This document shows, in pieces, positions 40,651 through 55,197 of a stretch of DNA of 64,000 nt. The notes under the pieces are model-generated. The model did no database searches and was not told the DNA's origin. It saw only the letters and a list, made by a program, of their open reading frames with translations. The translations under genes were made by a program, and so were the position numbers. The stretch covers positions 82,770,001 to 82,834,000 of the forward strand of contig OX597817.1 of NCBI GenBank assembly GCA_951406725.2. The letters are read 5' to 3'. Each line of letters begins with the position of its first letter. Position 1 is the first letter of the stretch. Source of the stretch: Octopus vulgaris. Taxonomy: Eukaryota.

Positions 40651-42839
40651 GTTCAGTTGAAGTTTCTCAACAAACAATTCAAAGAATTTCTAATTTCAAA
40701 GGAACAAGTGATACCAAACTGAAATTGTATTAAAGTGAACTTTGCAAGTTCCATCACAAGTTTCACTGCGAAAATTTTTTCTGGAAAATTATTTCAAACT
40801 CTGTGCCTTGCACGTAACTGTGTCGATCGTGATAAACTTTCTTTTAACAATAATTCAAAGGCAGAGCCACGATTTGCTGTGTCTTGTTTCACTTAGCATC
40901 CCTTTGTTATGTTTTTCCGCACTCTTGTACAATCACGTATATGTGCGTATGTGCATGCATAGGTACATACATACAGACAACCATTCATTAATCTCTCTGG
41001 ATTCTCTCGTCTGTACAGCAAAGGATGGTAGTGGGGGGCATGAAGACACAGAAATAACTATCATCTTAAGGCCCTCTGTGTGTAGGAACAAGGCTGAAGT
41101 CTTCTGTTAGCGTCTTCTACCTGTCCTAGTCGACTCATTCGTTATTGTCACAGGACATATGCTGAAATCATGATAATATCTTGCTGGTATCTTGGTTTAC
41201 TTAGCAACTATCAAGATGCATATTATTACAATGGGCATATTTTTTTCTTTTCTTGTAGAGCCTGTATCGCCCGTTCATCCTTCAAATTTGTGTTGGTCTG
41301 GTGCAATAAGTGCTTCGAATTCAGTAGTTATCAGGGATTTATATGAAGCTACCTTCCCCTAGCTAAAAGCTGTAGTGTCTCATCTCACCTGGATCCATTG
41401 GGATGTCTGTGACTGACAACGTCTTCTGCAGACATTTATGTGACATGTTCATTAACACATAGCTGGGTCCATGGCAGTGCTACTACTCCGGGTCAAAGTA
41501 GACTAGGAACCATAGTGACTAAGCGGTGCTTCCACACTCTTCAATACCCAAGAACTCCCGAAGCAGGGCCCCACTACCAGATGAAGTTTTACGTCATATC
41601 CAGGGGGAAACATTCACACACACACATATGTACATCATATATATATGAGAAAGTACGTTTTTAATATATTCTGTTTACACATTAACTGCATATTCAATTC
41701 ATCTATTTCAATAATTTTAATACACGCCACACGCACACACACGAACAAATATTTTTTACATTCGTTCTCTCTGGAAAATTGCTTTACATGAATTTATATA
41801 AATATTGGTATAATTATCGCTTTTACATAAATATGCATTTAAAATAAATTTTGTTTACAATTTTAACGCAATTGCATGCATATTTAATTCAATATTTTTA
41901 ATAACACGCAACGGTTTTACTCCAAACCAGCACAATTATCCGACACAGGTGAAATAAGCATCAGTTACGCTTCACCTCAAGTAAAATCTGTAGGAATTGC
42001 TCAAAATCGTTGCAAGTTCTTCTCTTGATGTCGTCTTAAGCTATCATATCATTCACAATAGCTGTCTCTTCAGTCGCTATTTCAGGGTTACAAACTTTTC
42101 TCCCCTTAGCTTGAATGAGTCGCCCGAACGAAATAACGGGGACTGAATTACCCTTCTACAAAATAATTCCATCTGCAATCTCTTATCAGTTATAATAATC
42201 AATGGGCAACAGCCTCATTAATTAAATCCTGGTAGTTGCCTTCTTTTAGTGATTGAGAAATGTCAAGCCTCTACTGTCAGGCACTCTCAATTCAGCCACC
42301 ATGATTGTTTTGTGTCCCTAGATAGAAAGAGTTAATCTGATCGGAGCGATGTTACTGTTACCTCTTCCAAAAAGGATGAGTCTCCTCTTCAAATCCATTT
42401 ACACCTCTAAGTTAGAAGCTTCTTTCAAAGCTGAAAACAAGTTGTTTTGTCTTAGGAGCCTCATCACCACAGAATTATTCATGTGTTGAACGTGCTCTTG
42501 CATCGGAGATGTATAACAACTATACTCATCCGTAAATTAACTATTAAGACTGGCCCCAAACGCCTCTTTTATCAGTCTAGTAAGAACGGCTCATTCTAAA
42601 AGGGCAGTATTTGTATTCAGAGATTATATCATAATATGAATTTTCTAACTGACCTATTTCTGGTTTCGATCTAGCAAATATCGCCCAAAGTTTTCAATGG
42701 CATTGTGCTTGTGGTAGAGAATACTTCTCCATGGAACCTATGGTAGAGAATACTTCCCCATGGAGCCATGCAGTGTGAGCAGAATGAGAACCAAGCGATA
42801 GCGCATCAATCTTTGTATGAACACGTCTTTTACCCTTTC

Positions 42840-43250
42840 CTTTTACTTGTTTCAGTCATTAGACTGAGGCCATGCTGGAACTCCGCCTTAAAGAATTTTA
42901 GTCAAACAATCAACTCTAGTCCTTATTTTTAGTACAAGCCTGATACTTATGCTATCGGTTCTTTGTGATTAACCGCTAAGTTACGGGGACGTAAACACAC
43001 TAACACCGGTGGTAGGAGATAAACACAGACACAAAAGTCACACACACACACACTCACACATATATATATATATATACATATATACACGACGGGTTTCTTT
43101 CAGTTTCCGTTTACCAAATCCATTTACAAGACTTTGCTCGGCACTCGGCTATAGGAAAAAACACTCGCCCAAAGTAGCATGCAATAGGACTGAACCCACA
43201 ACCATATACCTGAGAAGCAAGCTTCTTACAACACAGCTATGTCTGCGCCT
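42840..43250 (-). mobile_element. Diverged SINE family B
   Basis: TTTACTTGTTTCAGTCATT...TCTTTCAGTTTCCGTTTACCAAATCC...AGCAAGCTTCTTAC. Confidence 0.7.
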
Positions 43251-43829
43251 AAATTGATTTTTATATATACATAGTTAATATTTTTAGTAAGTGCAGTTTT
43301 AGGTCTTTTCGATTCACATATATCACAATAACTTTTATAACCAAATACAAAAACGTTTTAGAACCACTATAAGTCAAATCTTCTCTACTGAAATGTGTTT
43401 CCTTTGCGACAAGTGAATATCTGTTGACAACGAATAAAAAAATATGAATTTTAAGGTTTTGTAGAATTTTTGGCGATACCGTGTGAAGTAGTTCTGAAAA
43501 TGGTAAACATAGAGTGAACATAACTCATCATAATATTCCCATTGAGAAGTAAAAAGCAAACATGAACACGGTATATATATTTAAATATCAAGCTATTATT
43601 GAACAGGAAAACAGGAACTTTAATATAGCCTTGTTTAGATTCTTAACGATTGTTTTTATTTTTTTCTTTACAGAAAGAAAGGAAGAGGGTGAGAGAAAGC
43701 GTGAGAGAAGAAACAAACGGAATGACAGATGAAACAAAGATCGAGAGAAAAAGAAAAGAAAGTAAATGATATACCAAAATCTATATTTGTATCTGTGTGT
43801 GTGTGTGTATGTATACATACATACATACA

Positions 43830-43885
<56 letters not shown>

Positions 43886-44057
43886 TATATATTTGTGTTC
43901 CTATCTGCTATTTTACGTTTGTATGTGTGTGTATTCTCTCCCACTCAGACACAGGCACGCACACACACACAGATACATACACACGGATGTATAGACTCTT
44001 GGATTGAGTTGTGTTTGTCTTTGTTCCACTAAACCTGTGTATACATACATTCATATA

Positions 44058-45090
44058 TCAGCTCATCCCATAAGTTCCGTCCGATTTTACCTTTTTTAAA
44101 ATTGAATGAAATTTAATAGTATTTTAGAATTTCTAATGGAATTAAACATTATTTTTATGCATTTTTGTACATTTAAACTAATTAAATATTATTTTACAGA
44201 ATAATAGAATTAAAATTTCTTTGATTAAAACCCTTTCTAACATGGAAGTATCCAAAGAGCATTTGAGGCACATAATGATTTATGAGTACAAAAAATGGAA
44301 ACTCTGCAGCCGAAGCGACTCAAAACATACAGTCAGTTTATGGGAAATGATGCTTGAATGAAAGAATTTGCAGAAGAGGGTTTGCAAAATTCAGAAGTGG
44401 AGATTTCAGCCTTGAAGATGAAAATCAAATAGAAGTCCAGTTGAGATTGGTGATAAGCTCCTTGAGGTATTACTTGAAGAAAATCCTGCATTTTCAGTTG
44501 AAGAATTGGCAATAAACCTTAGTTAAAACCATACAACTGTCGATCATCATCCTCAAAAACTTGGAAAGGTTCCTAAACTTGGAAAACGGGAGCCTTATGA
44601 ATTGTCTGAAAGCAACCGCAAATCTCGAGTTGACATCTGCTTTTCTCTCCATTCACGCGAACTCATTTCATCCTTTTTGGACAGACTTGTGAATGGTGAC
44701 GAGAAATGGATCTTCTGTAGAAATGTTAAACATCGTAAACAGTGGCTTGGTAAAAGGGAAAAAGCTCAACCCCAACTGAGAAGGGAACTTCATGGGAAAA
44801 ATGTTCTTCTCTCTATCTGGTGGGATTGCAAAGAAGTAATTCAAGTTGAATTGTTACCAATTAATGCAACAATCAATGCTCAAGTCTACTGCCAGCATTT
44901 AGAACGTTTGAACCAAACTTTGAAGAAAAAAAGGCCTGCTTTAATGAATCGAAAAGGAGTGATATTTCATCAGGACAATACGTGACCCTACACCGCAAAT
45001 ATCACATTACAGAAGATAGAAGAGCTTGGTTGGGAAAAAAATTCCTCATCGAACTTATTCTCCCGACCTAACTCCTTCAGACTACCATTT
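44058..45090 (+). mobile_element. Mariner transposon, 3'-truncated, pseudogenised transposase
   Basis: Starts MEVSKEHLRHIMIYEY at 44242; ORF 44602-44985 with GDEKWI...WWDCK...IFHQDNT; then YSPDLTPSDYHL; TA at the left end. Confidence 0.9.
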
Positions 45091-45327
45091 GACGGAATTT
45101 TGTTAGAGAACACGTTGCGGTCTCAAAGCGACGAACATATTTTGAAACATTAAATCTAAATGTTGAAGTGAATCTAACGGATTTTGTGTGTTTCTTAAAT
45201 GGCTTATAAACACCTTTCACGCTGCAATTGTATATATATATTTATGTATGTAATTATGGAGTATATTTATTCACGTACACACATACACGTATAAATGTAC
45301 ATACATACGTGTGTTCATGTTTGTATG

Positions 45328-45372
<45 letters not shown>

Positions 45373-45658
45373 CATATATTTATGAACATGCACACACACA
45401 CCGTATTCGTGTGAATGTGCTAATTTGTGTCCGTGAAATTCCACATAACGGCTGCAGGTACCAAGTTACTTCTACCATTTCCTAAAAACGTTCATGCTTA
45501 ACTTGCAGAATATTTTCCAAACTCCTTTGAATATTTTTCACTTAGTATATTCGTTGTGAACTGCCTTTGATGAACATGGCAAATTCAGTGTATTCATTTT
45601 ATTAGTGAGCATGTATTAATGGAAAAGAACACAAATAAATGACTAATCCTAATGTGTG

Positions 45659-45701
<43 letters not shown>

Positions 45702-46609
45702 TTAGCCAAAGTGCAAACTGTTACGTTTTCTTAATTAGAATCCTCCATAATTAACTCATCCTCTGATCTGAGAAATTGCGTTATGCATTTGTTGTTGTTG
45801 CTTGTTTGTGTTTAATCACAGGTCACTCCCAGTTGAGTACAGCCTAAGATCAGTGGCATTACAGCAGTAACTATCACAATTTTTTAGGGAGTCTTGGCTG
45901 TTATTCTTAAAATACCATGTCTCCACACACGTGCAGGTTTGATTTTGTCACGTTGTTAACCTCAGTTTAACCCTGATCGAGCACTACCTGTGATCTATCG
46001 TATTCCAACCATGACTATCATCCTTTTTCTATGCAGTCTTTTCGGTTTTATGAAAATAGATTTACGTTATATATAATTATACATTACTCAGCAAATCATT
46101 ATCACTTAGTAATACGCAATTACTCAGTTGCATATACGTAATTACCCGGTTACATATGATTACCTAATTTTCAAATGATTACTCAGCTTTGCGTATAATT
46201 ACTCAGTGACAGTTATTTATTTATTTATACATAATTACTCAGTTACATGTAGTTACTCAGGTGCTTATAATTACTAAAGAACGAATAATCACTTAATCAT
46301 TCAATCAATCAATCCGTCCTTCCATCCATCCATCCATCCATCCATCCATCCTTCCATCTATCCATCTATCCACCCACTCCATAGTGTCCTATCAGAAGCG
46401 ACTTTCATTACACTTCCTGCAGAATTCCTAAGTGGGACCAACTGAAATTATGTATATCATCCAGCCATTTCGTTATTGGTCTACCATTTGGCTCGGTTTA
46501 AAAAGTTTGTCTTGCAATTTTTCAAACTATCACAAATTATATTCATAAATCACGAACAATATTACTGTAATTATTACTTTGTTAAGGACCACCGCCTGAA
46601 TTATAGTAA

Positions 46610-47012
46610 TAATTCTACTATAGGCGCAAAGCCAGCAGTTTCGTGGGAAAGGGTTAATCGATTGCGTAGAGCCTAATGCTTAACTGGTAGTTACGTTTAG
46701 GATGAAAGGCAAATTGACATCGGGGGAATTTGAACTCATATTTAATACCATTAAATATCTTGCCTGGAGTGCTAACGATTCTACCAGTTCACCGTCTTAA
46801 TAATTCTTTCTAGTTTTGGTACAAGACCAGCGATGTTAAGGGAGAGGTTAGTCGATTACGTCGAAGACAATGTTGAACTAGTATTTATTTCACTGACTCC
46901 GAAAGGATGAAAACAAAGTCGACCTTGACGGAATTTGAGCTCAGAATGTAAAGATGGCCGAAATGCCACTAAGCATTTTGTCCAGCATGCTAATGATTCT
47001 GCCAACTCACTG
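46610..47012 (-). mobile_element. Two tandem diverged SINE family A copies
   Basis: GGATGAAAGGCAAATTGACATCGG and CCGAAAGGATGAAAACAAAGTCGACCTTG. Confidence 0.7.
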
Positions 47013-47013
47013 C

Positions 47014-47061
<48 letters not shown>

Positions 47062-47063
<2 letters not shown>

Positions 47064-49465
47064 CACGTCGCACACTATACAACATCGTGAGGTTGTTGAT
47101 TGAAGATATTGTGTCCACAATATCAAGAGACAATGGGGAAGATGTTGCTCCTGATGCAAATCAAGACAAGGAGTTCTAGAGCAGATTATGGGGAAACAAT
47201 GTGGTGCATAAAAGGGGTGCAATGTGGATAGAAACAATCAAAACAGAATTACAAGGAGGACGAGCGGGAACAAGTGGGTAAAGTGCCTAACTAGAAAGTC
47301 CCCAGACCAGATGGGATTCATGGCTTTTGGCTGAAGAGATGCTATGCGTTGCATGAAAGACTAACAGCCCAATTGAATGAGTGTGTTCAGAAAGGTATAG
47401 ACGCCGCTTGGATGGTAACTGGGAGGACAACACTCATAAGGTAAGATAGAAAAAGGGAGAATATTTCGGGAAACTACCGTCTCATAGCATGCCTAAACAT
47501 AATCTGGAAGATACTCACTGGACATATATTTTCCTGGCACAAGAAGAAATATTGCCGAAGGAACAAAAAGGATGTAGAAATAATTCTCAGGGTACCAAGA
47601 ATCACCCGGTCATCGATAAAACAGTTTTGAGGCATTGTAAAAAACATCATACAAACATGTCTATGGGTTGGATTGACTATAAGAAGGCATATAATATGAT
47701 GCCTTCTCCTTTGATCGTTGAATGCCTGCAGATATTTGGTGTTGCTCAGAATATCACAAATTTTCTGATGCATAGCATGAAAGAGTGGAAAACCAAATTG
47801 TAGTCAAGTAATATATTCGCTGGAGAAGTTAATATTAAAAGAGGCATCTTCCAAGGTGAATCGCTTTCTCCGTTACTATTTGTAATTGCACTAACACCCA
47901 TAAAAATGACACTTAGGAAAGTTAAGATGGGTTACCAATGTGGGAAGAAAGGCCTATCATTGAACCATCTTCTGTTTATGGATGACCTGAAACTGTTTGG
48001 GAAATCTGATAAGCAGATATATTTCTTAACCAAAACAGTCCAGAAGTGTGGTAGGGACATCGGTTTGGAATTTGGGATTACCAAATGCTCAGTACTTAAT
48101 ATGAAAAGAGGGAAGAAAGCAGCCTGCAGAGGATTGCAGTTACCATCAGGAGAGACCTTGGGTGAACCCGACAGTGGTGGATATAGATGTTTAGTGATTT
48201 TGGAACTGGATGACATTCTACACAAATGAAAGTCAAGTTCAGCGAGGCGTATCAAAAAAGTGTGAAGATGGTGTCGAAATCCAACCTGAATGCCAAAAAT
48301 TTGATTACCGCAATGAATATCTGGGCAGTTGCGGTGGACAGATATAGTGAGTCCATCCTCAAATGGACTAAGGAGGAAATATCAACACTAGATATGCCCT
48401 AAAGCAAACGTAAACAGAATGTATATGAAAAGAAAGAATGGTAGCAGAGGACTAATTAGTATAGACCATTGTATAAGGAATGGAAGGAGAACGTTTACCG
48501 AGTATTTGATAAATAGTGATGAAGACCTACTGCATTATGCCGTGAAAAATATGGGTATAAAGGTAAATGAAATGATGGGCAAGGAAGAGTTTAACCAAAG
48601 AGCTCAGGAAAGGGGAAAAGAAGACCGTGAAATGTGAATGTAAGGACAGTTTGAAAGGAATACACAGGGCGTTAAGAATAATTCAGCATCGTGGGCATGG
48701 CTTGAGCGAGGTGATTTGAAGCGTACCATCGAAAGCCTGATCATTGCTGCACAAGACCAGGCTCTCGCTACCAAGTCAGATAAAACTTCGATAAAACTTC
48801 TGACACCCAGAAATGCAGACTCTGTGGAAAGATTGTAGAAAATGTGACCCCCTAGGTAAGTGGATGTGAGAGCCTTACACACAAAGAATACAAGCGCCGC
48901 TACGATAAAGTGTGTGTGTATCTTCATTGGCTCTTATGCCGTAAATACCAATATGAAGTATCAGAGAACTGGTATGAGCATGTACCAAGTAAAGTTGTGC
49001 AGGAGGATGGAAAAGTAACGATACTCTGGGACTATGATTTTCAGACAGATCGTGTATTCGAACACCGTCGGCCGGATATTGTAATATTGAATAAGAGAGA
49101 TAAATACTGTCAGATCATTGATGTAGCCATACCACATGACATGAATGTTGTGAGTAAAGAGGTAGAAAAATTCGCCAAGTACTCCGAATTGAAAGTGGAA
49201 ATGACAAGACTTTATGGAATGCGAGAGGGTAATGTAAAACTGAAACCAGTGGGGATCGGAGCGTTAGGCTCAATCCCATTGAAACTTCAAGACCTTCTAA
49301 GGCAACTTGAAATCTCTTGCAAGATTAATGTCTGGCAAAATGCAGTCATATTGGGCACAGCGCACATCTTAAGGAAAGTATTATATGTCTGAGATTCTTG
49401 TTGTGACTTGACAGATGACTAAAACCTCCGGTGCATTTTTACCTACACTGTGTTACGAAAAACTA
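47062..49465 (+). mobile_element. Degenerate RLE-clade (R4/Dong-like) LINE: RT + CCHC + RLE
   Basis: MGWIDYKKAYNM, GIFQGESLSPLLF, LNHLLFMDDLKLF, CRLCGK, ILWDYDFQTDRVFEHRRPDIVI...IIDVAIP...EKFAKY, GTAHILRKVL*; (CTA)n tail. Confidence 0.92.
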
Positions 49466-49474
49466 CTACTGCTG

Positions 49475-49543
<69 letters not shown>

Positions 49544-49609
49544 ATAATAATAATAATAATAATAATAATGATGATGATATTACTAAAAACTAAAGCACGA
49601 AATTAGAAG

Positions 49610-50330
49610 AGTCCATAGCCTGAAAGTGTCCAAGAGTATTGGATGAAGCAACTGAGAGGGTTCCATTCTAGAACAGTAGAACAGCTGGATAAATTCTAGC
49701 AGGAAGACTCAGCACTCAACTGATGACAAAGGGTAAGACATTTTTATGTGTGAACACCTTGAAAATAGTAACATTGTATTCAATTTTCGATCGATAACGA
49801 GTCTTCCGCTGATGTGGAACCTACTGTGTTCTAACCGGAGAATTGTATGGATACTTAGGAAAATGTAAGCTGCTACCGATTGAACAGAAAGAGGAGGTGG
49901 GGAAGGAAAGATAAGCTATTAATTGACTAGCTAATTACCATAAGTTTTAAGAGGAGGCACACAAACTTGAGCATGGTGGATTGATTATTGTAAAGTATAT
50001 TATACGATATTACACTCTTGGTGAATAAGAACAATGAAAATGTATGGAGTAGCAGAAAACAAGAGAAGCCTTATAAGGAACAGTACGAAATGTTGGCGAA
50101 CTAAATTGACAACAGGGAATCAGGTGTTAGGAGAGGTGAAAATTTGGAGAGGAATCTGTCAGGAGGACGGCGTATTCCATCGAAATGATACTCTTGAGTG
50201 AAATATTGCAGAAAACAATGTTGGGGTATGTTCTCGGAAGTGGTAAAGGGCGGTTCAGTCATCTGATATTTCTGGAGTATTTGAACTTGTTCACAAAAAG
50301 TGAGGTAGAATGGAAGAGTCTGTCAGTTAC
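49610..50330 (+). mobile_element. Highly decayed RT fragment of an RLE-clade LINE
   Basis: Remnants NFRSITSLPLMW, LPIEQK, VKIWRGICQED, SHLIFLEYLNLF. Confidence 0.65.
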
Positions 50331-50449
50331 AAAATTTATATTATGATATATTCTCTGAATTCAAATACTGCCCTTTCCGAATGAGACGATCTTACTAGTT
50401 AGGACTGATAAAAATGAGGCAGAATGAGGCGATCAGCCACCTCGTCGCC

Positions 50450-50511
<62 letters not shown>

Positions 50512-50530
50512 GATGATGATGATGATGATG

Positions 50531-50572
<42 letters not shown>

Positions 50573-50632
50573 GTAATAATAATGATAATGATGATGATGA
50601 TGATAAAAATAATAATAATAATAATAATAATG

Positions 50633-50670
<38 letters not shown>

Positions 50671-50676
<6 letters not shown>

Positions 50677-51780
50677 CTGCAAAAATATCTACTTCAGAAG
50701 GAAGGAAAACTGATCCAGATAGCGGCAAAACACGAGCAAAACAAAAAACTGTTCTCAGTATTTAAGGAAGCTGACAAATACAAACAAGAAATCATACCAC
50801 CTAATAAACATGAAGAAGAAGAAGAAGAAGATGAAGAAACAACAAAAGCTATAAAAAAAATGAAATCCAAACTAAAAATAGAACAGCAACGAACCATGAT
50901 AAAACGATGGCAAGAAAAGCCCCTTCATGGTAAATACTGGACTAAACTAAACGCAAAAGAAATAGACAAAGAAAAATCCCAGCAATGGTTGAGAAGCTCA
51001 GGACTCAAAGCAGAAACAGAGGGATTTTTAATTGCAGCACAAGACCAAAGCCTCCCCACCAGAAATTACCAAAAACATGTAATGAAAAGAAATATTACAA
51101 GTAACTGCAGAATATGTGGAGATGGACAAGAAACAATAAATCATATTATCTCTAGCTGCCCAGTCCTGGCTAAGAAGGAATATATTCACAGACATGACAG
51201 AGTTGGAACTTACATACATTGGAAGCTATGCCAACATTATGGAATAACAACAGAAAAAAGATGGTATAGGCACACACCAGAAAAGGTCACAGAAAACGAG
51301 AAAGCAACCATACTCTGGGATATGCCGATACACACAGATAGAGAAATTAAGGCCAACAGACCAGATATAGTTGTCAGAGACCATGAAGAAAAAAAATGCT
51401 TTCTAATTGATGTATCAGTACCGGCAGATGACAACGTGTCTCTAAAAGAAATGGAGAAACTCTCAAAATACAAAGACCTGGAAATAGAGGTAACTAGAAT
51501 GTGGAATCTGAAAACAGAAACAATTCCTATCATAGTAGGTGCATTAGGCATGATAAAAAAATATTCAGACAAATACATAACAAAAACACCAGGACTTACA
51601 AACACATATAACATACAGAAAATTGCACTACTGGGCACTGCACACATCCTACGCAGAACACTTTCCATACAATAACCATCAGAGCATCACAACAAATCAC
51701 AGCACAAACCCAAGGCACACAGAGCTGTGCTCGGTAGTAAAGTGAAAGCACGCTATAAAAATAAAAATAAAACTACTGAA
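50671..51780 (+). mobile_element. Young 5'-truncated Dong/R4-like LINE in (AAT)n
   Basis: Frame open from 50671 to the stop at 51675; (AAT)n on both flanks; short 3' UTR. Confidence 0.92.
50860..51675 (+). CDS. Retrotransposon C-terminal region: CCHC zinc knuckle plus restriction-like endonuclease (fragment)
   Basis: CRICGDGQETINHIISSCP, RHD, NRPDIVVRD...FLIDVSVP...EKLSKY, GTAHILRR. Confidence 0.8.
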   Translation: MKSKLKIEQQRTMIKRWQEKPLHGKYWTKLNAKEIDKEKSQQWLRSSGLKAETEGFLIAAQDQSLPTRNYQKHVMKRNITSNCRICGDGQETINHIISSCPVLAKKEYIHRHDRVGTYIHWKLCQHYGITTEKRWYRHTPEKVTENEKATILWDMPIHTDREIKANRPDIVVRDHEEKKCFLIDVSVPADDNVSLKEMEKLSKYKDLEIEVTRMWNLKTETIPIIVGALGMIKKYSDKYITKTPGLTNTYNIQKIALLGTAHILRRTLSIQ

Positions 51781-51869
51781 TAATAATAATAATAATAATA
51801 ACAATAATAATAATAATAATAATAACAACAACGACAACAACAGCAACAATAATAAAAATAATAAAAATA

Positions 51870-52083
51870 GCTTCAAATTTTGGTACAAGGCCAGAAAGTT
51901 AGGGGGCGGGGTATAAGACGAATACATCGACCCCAGTGCTCGACTAGTACTCATTTTATTGACACCGAAAGGATGAAAGACAGAGTCGACCTCGGCGGAA
52001 TTTGAACTCACAACGTAAAGAGGGACAACATGCTGCTAAGCACTTTGCCCGGCGAACAAACAATTCTGCCAGCTCACCGCCTT
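51870..52083 (-). mobile_element. SINE family A
   Basis: CCGAAAGGATGAAAGACAGAGTCGACCTCGGCGGAATTTGAACTC...CTGCCAGCTCACCGCC. Confidence 0.8.
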
Positions 52084-52451
52084 CTTAATAACAATCATAA
52101 CAGTATCAACAGCAATAACAAAAACAACAACAGCAAGGCCCGCAGCAAAAAAGAAAAGCCGCAACTTATTTGTCATATTACATTACAATATATTTGTTTT
52201 AAACATTTCCATATTTTGTTTTACATGAACATTTATTATTGTCCGTATGTCGTTTCATGCAAATGCGTAAATAATAAAATTAGTTAATTAATAGTCTAAT
52301 TATGTAAAAACTTGATTGTTTTCTTAATTAATGAATATTTATAAATTTCTAGAAATTAGAGAATATTGTAAACATTCTATGCTTGGGGTCTTTAGTTTAG
52401 CTATATCTATATACACTCATACAAATATATGTAGTATACATGTATGTATGT

Positions 52452-53030
52452 GGAGGCACATGACCTTGTGGTTAGAGCAGCAGACTCGCGGTCGAGGGAT
52501 CGCGGGTTCGGATCTCAGACCGGGCGATATGTGTGTTTATGCGCGAAACACCTAAGCTCCACGCGGCTTCGCCAGATGGTAATGGCGAACTTCTGCTGAC
52601 TCTTTCGCCACAACTTTCTCTCACTCTTTCCTCCAGCAGCTCACCTGCGACGGACCGTCCTGGTGGGGAACCTATACGCCAAGGAAACTGGGAAACCGGC
52701 CCTTATGAGCCAGGCATGGCTCGAGAAGGAACAAACATGTATATATGGTGAAAGCGCGTGGCCTAGAGGTTGGGACATTCGGCTCATGGTCGTAAGGTCA
52801 TGAGTTCAGTTCTCGGCGACGCGTTGTGTCCTTGAGCAAGACATTTTATTTCCAGTCCACTCAGCTGGCAACAATTAGTAGTACCTGTATTTCAAAGGGC
52901 CAGCCTTGTCACACTCTGTGTCACGCTGCATCTCCTTCAGAACTACTTGCACTTTAATTTCACGAGCGAGCTGTTCCGTTGATCGTATCAGCTGGGACCT
53001 TCGTTGTTGTAACGGATGGAGGGCTCCTAT
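52452..53030 (+). mobile_element. Adjacent SINE family C (52452-52735) and family D (52748-53030) copies
   Basis: Homology to 8715-9027 and 12263-12570; tRNA-like heads. Confidence 0.75.
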
Positions 53031-53106
53031 ACATGTATACATATACACACACATTTGTCTATCTGTTTGTCTACGTATGTGTATAGTTGTATCTCTCTCT
53101 CTCTTT

Positions 53107-53170
<64 letters not shown>

Positions 53171-53569
53171 AAGCACTGACCACGCCTATTTTATTTTACT
53201 CTCCCTTTCTTTCTCACAATCACACACACACGCACGCGCGTGCACATGCGCATACAAAGGTGGATAGTGATTATAATGTTGCACTCATTCGTAACATTAC
53301 GATATCGATTCCCAGACAGAGTAGTATGTAGTTTTGTTCAACAAAACACTTCATTTCACGTGGCTGCTGTTTACTGAGCTGTAAATGAATTCCAGCAATT
53401 GATGGGAAATAATCCCACCATGCGGCAGAATGGCATTCTTTTCAGTGGGGTTAGAGCGTGCTGTAATCTCAGCGACGAACTGATATACAGCGGAAACCAG
53501 ATTAAGCTCCAGCGCCTTATGGGTCCTCGCGTTCATGTATGTTTGTCTCTCTCTACCTCCGGACAGACA

Positions 53570-53786
53570 TATTGGTTTCAAGTTTTGGCACAAGCCAGCA
53601 AGTTCATGGGAGTGGGTAAATCGATTATATTGACCCCTGTGATATACTGATACTTATTTTATCGTCCCCGAAAGGATGAAGGGCAAAGTCGATCTTGGCG
53701 AAATTTGAACTGAAAACGTAAAGACGGACAAAATGTCACTAAACATCATGTCTAGTTTTCTAACAATTTTGCCAGCTAACAGCCTT
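53570..53786 (-). mobile_element. SINE family A
   Basis: CCCGAAAGGATGAAGGGCAAAGTCGATCTTGGCG. Confidence 0.75.
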
Positions 53787-54253
53787 ACCTTACCTTATAT
53801 TAATAATATCGTTCATGTCTTTTTTCTATTTTTCTTTACATTTAAATACATTATTCTTTGTTGGGTATCTTCTAAGTATGGTACAAAATATATTTAATAA
53901 TTACTTAGTTGATTATATAGATCTAGTTAAACTGATGCACAAAATCTAAATCTGCATTTTTTAAAAGGAAGTAAAACATCTAAAAATCGGCTATATTTTC
54001 CACTCTTACTGCTATAAAAGCTACTGACAACTAATTGCCAATCTCCACTGTATTTTTTGCACTCCATGTAAATTTGTTCTTTAAATATATAAATATCTGT
54101 AGGATTATACACGAGAGCTCATCTGAAAGGTTTCAGTTTTTCGTTTCTTCTATATATGTCCCTATATTTCTTTACATGAGTATATGTATGGATATTTTAT
54201 ATATCTAGCCCAATATATACATATATATATTACATATATACGTATAATATATA

Positions 54254-54338
<85 letters not shown>

Positions 54339-54887
54339 TATATATATATATATAAATAATATATATTATAATGGAGAAAATATACAAAATATATAAGTAG
54401 ATGATGAGTAAAGCACCAGCAGGGTTTCGATTTCCTGTTGTTATCCGTAGATTATTGCAGGAACTTCGTAGTGGCGGTTGAGGTAAGAGTATTAATAAAT
54501 TAGATGGAATAAAAGATTTTCTTTAGTATGACACATGTTCTGGGTATCTTCGGGTACATAAAAAAATAAGAAAATAAAAAAGTCTCACTAGAGATTTTCT
54601 GATTCAGTTTTACGTATTGCTATATGTCAATCAACTTTGGGAACGTGTAAAAAACAGAGAAAAATTGAAACACGAAAAATTCAAATGTGAACGTGAAAAT
54701 TATATATTCTGGTTTAGAGTAAATGACGTAATGAGCCATCACTGCTGTAACTCTCAAGTGAAAGAAAAGGAGGGAGAATTTGAAAGGAAGATAATACATG
54801 ACGAAAGATTATTTTGTATTCGTTCTTAGACGCACATATACACATGCACACACACACACACACACACAACACACACACACACACACA

Positions 54888-54932
<45 letters not shown>

Positions 54933-55084
54933 TAGCTGGTGTAACCGGTAAAATCCGGGGATTAAGATGATCTATTGAAACGCCTTATTATTCTGATATA
55001 AGAAAGCAATTTCGTTATAACTGCCACAAAAGGTGTATTTTCCGTCACCTAAAAATACAAAAAACTGTCAGCTGAAGGAGGGAA

Positions 55085-55197
55085 AGATTGTTGAAGGTTG
55101 GCGAAAGGTTGTTGGAAGTTGGTGAAAGAGGTTTTCGGAGGTTGGCGAGAAGGATTGTGGGAGGTTGGTGAGAGAGTTTGTCGGAGGTTGGCGTGAG
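55085..55197. repeat. Minisatellite (about 21-22 bp, five units) within an unclassified insert at about 54933-55345
   Basis: Repeated (G/A)AGGTTGG(C/T)GA.A units. Confidence 0.7.

Noticed and set aside
41950-42600. Coding-like block, possibly a decayed transposon on the minus strand
   Set aside because: No identifiable motif
51237-51668. 143-aa minus-strand ORF
   Set aside because: Antisense shadow of the LINE ORF
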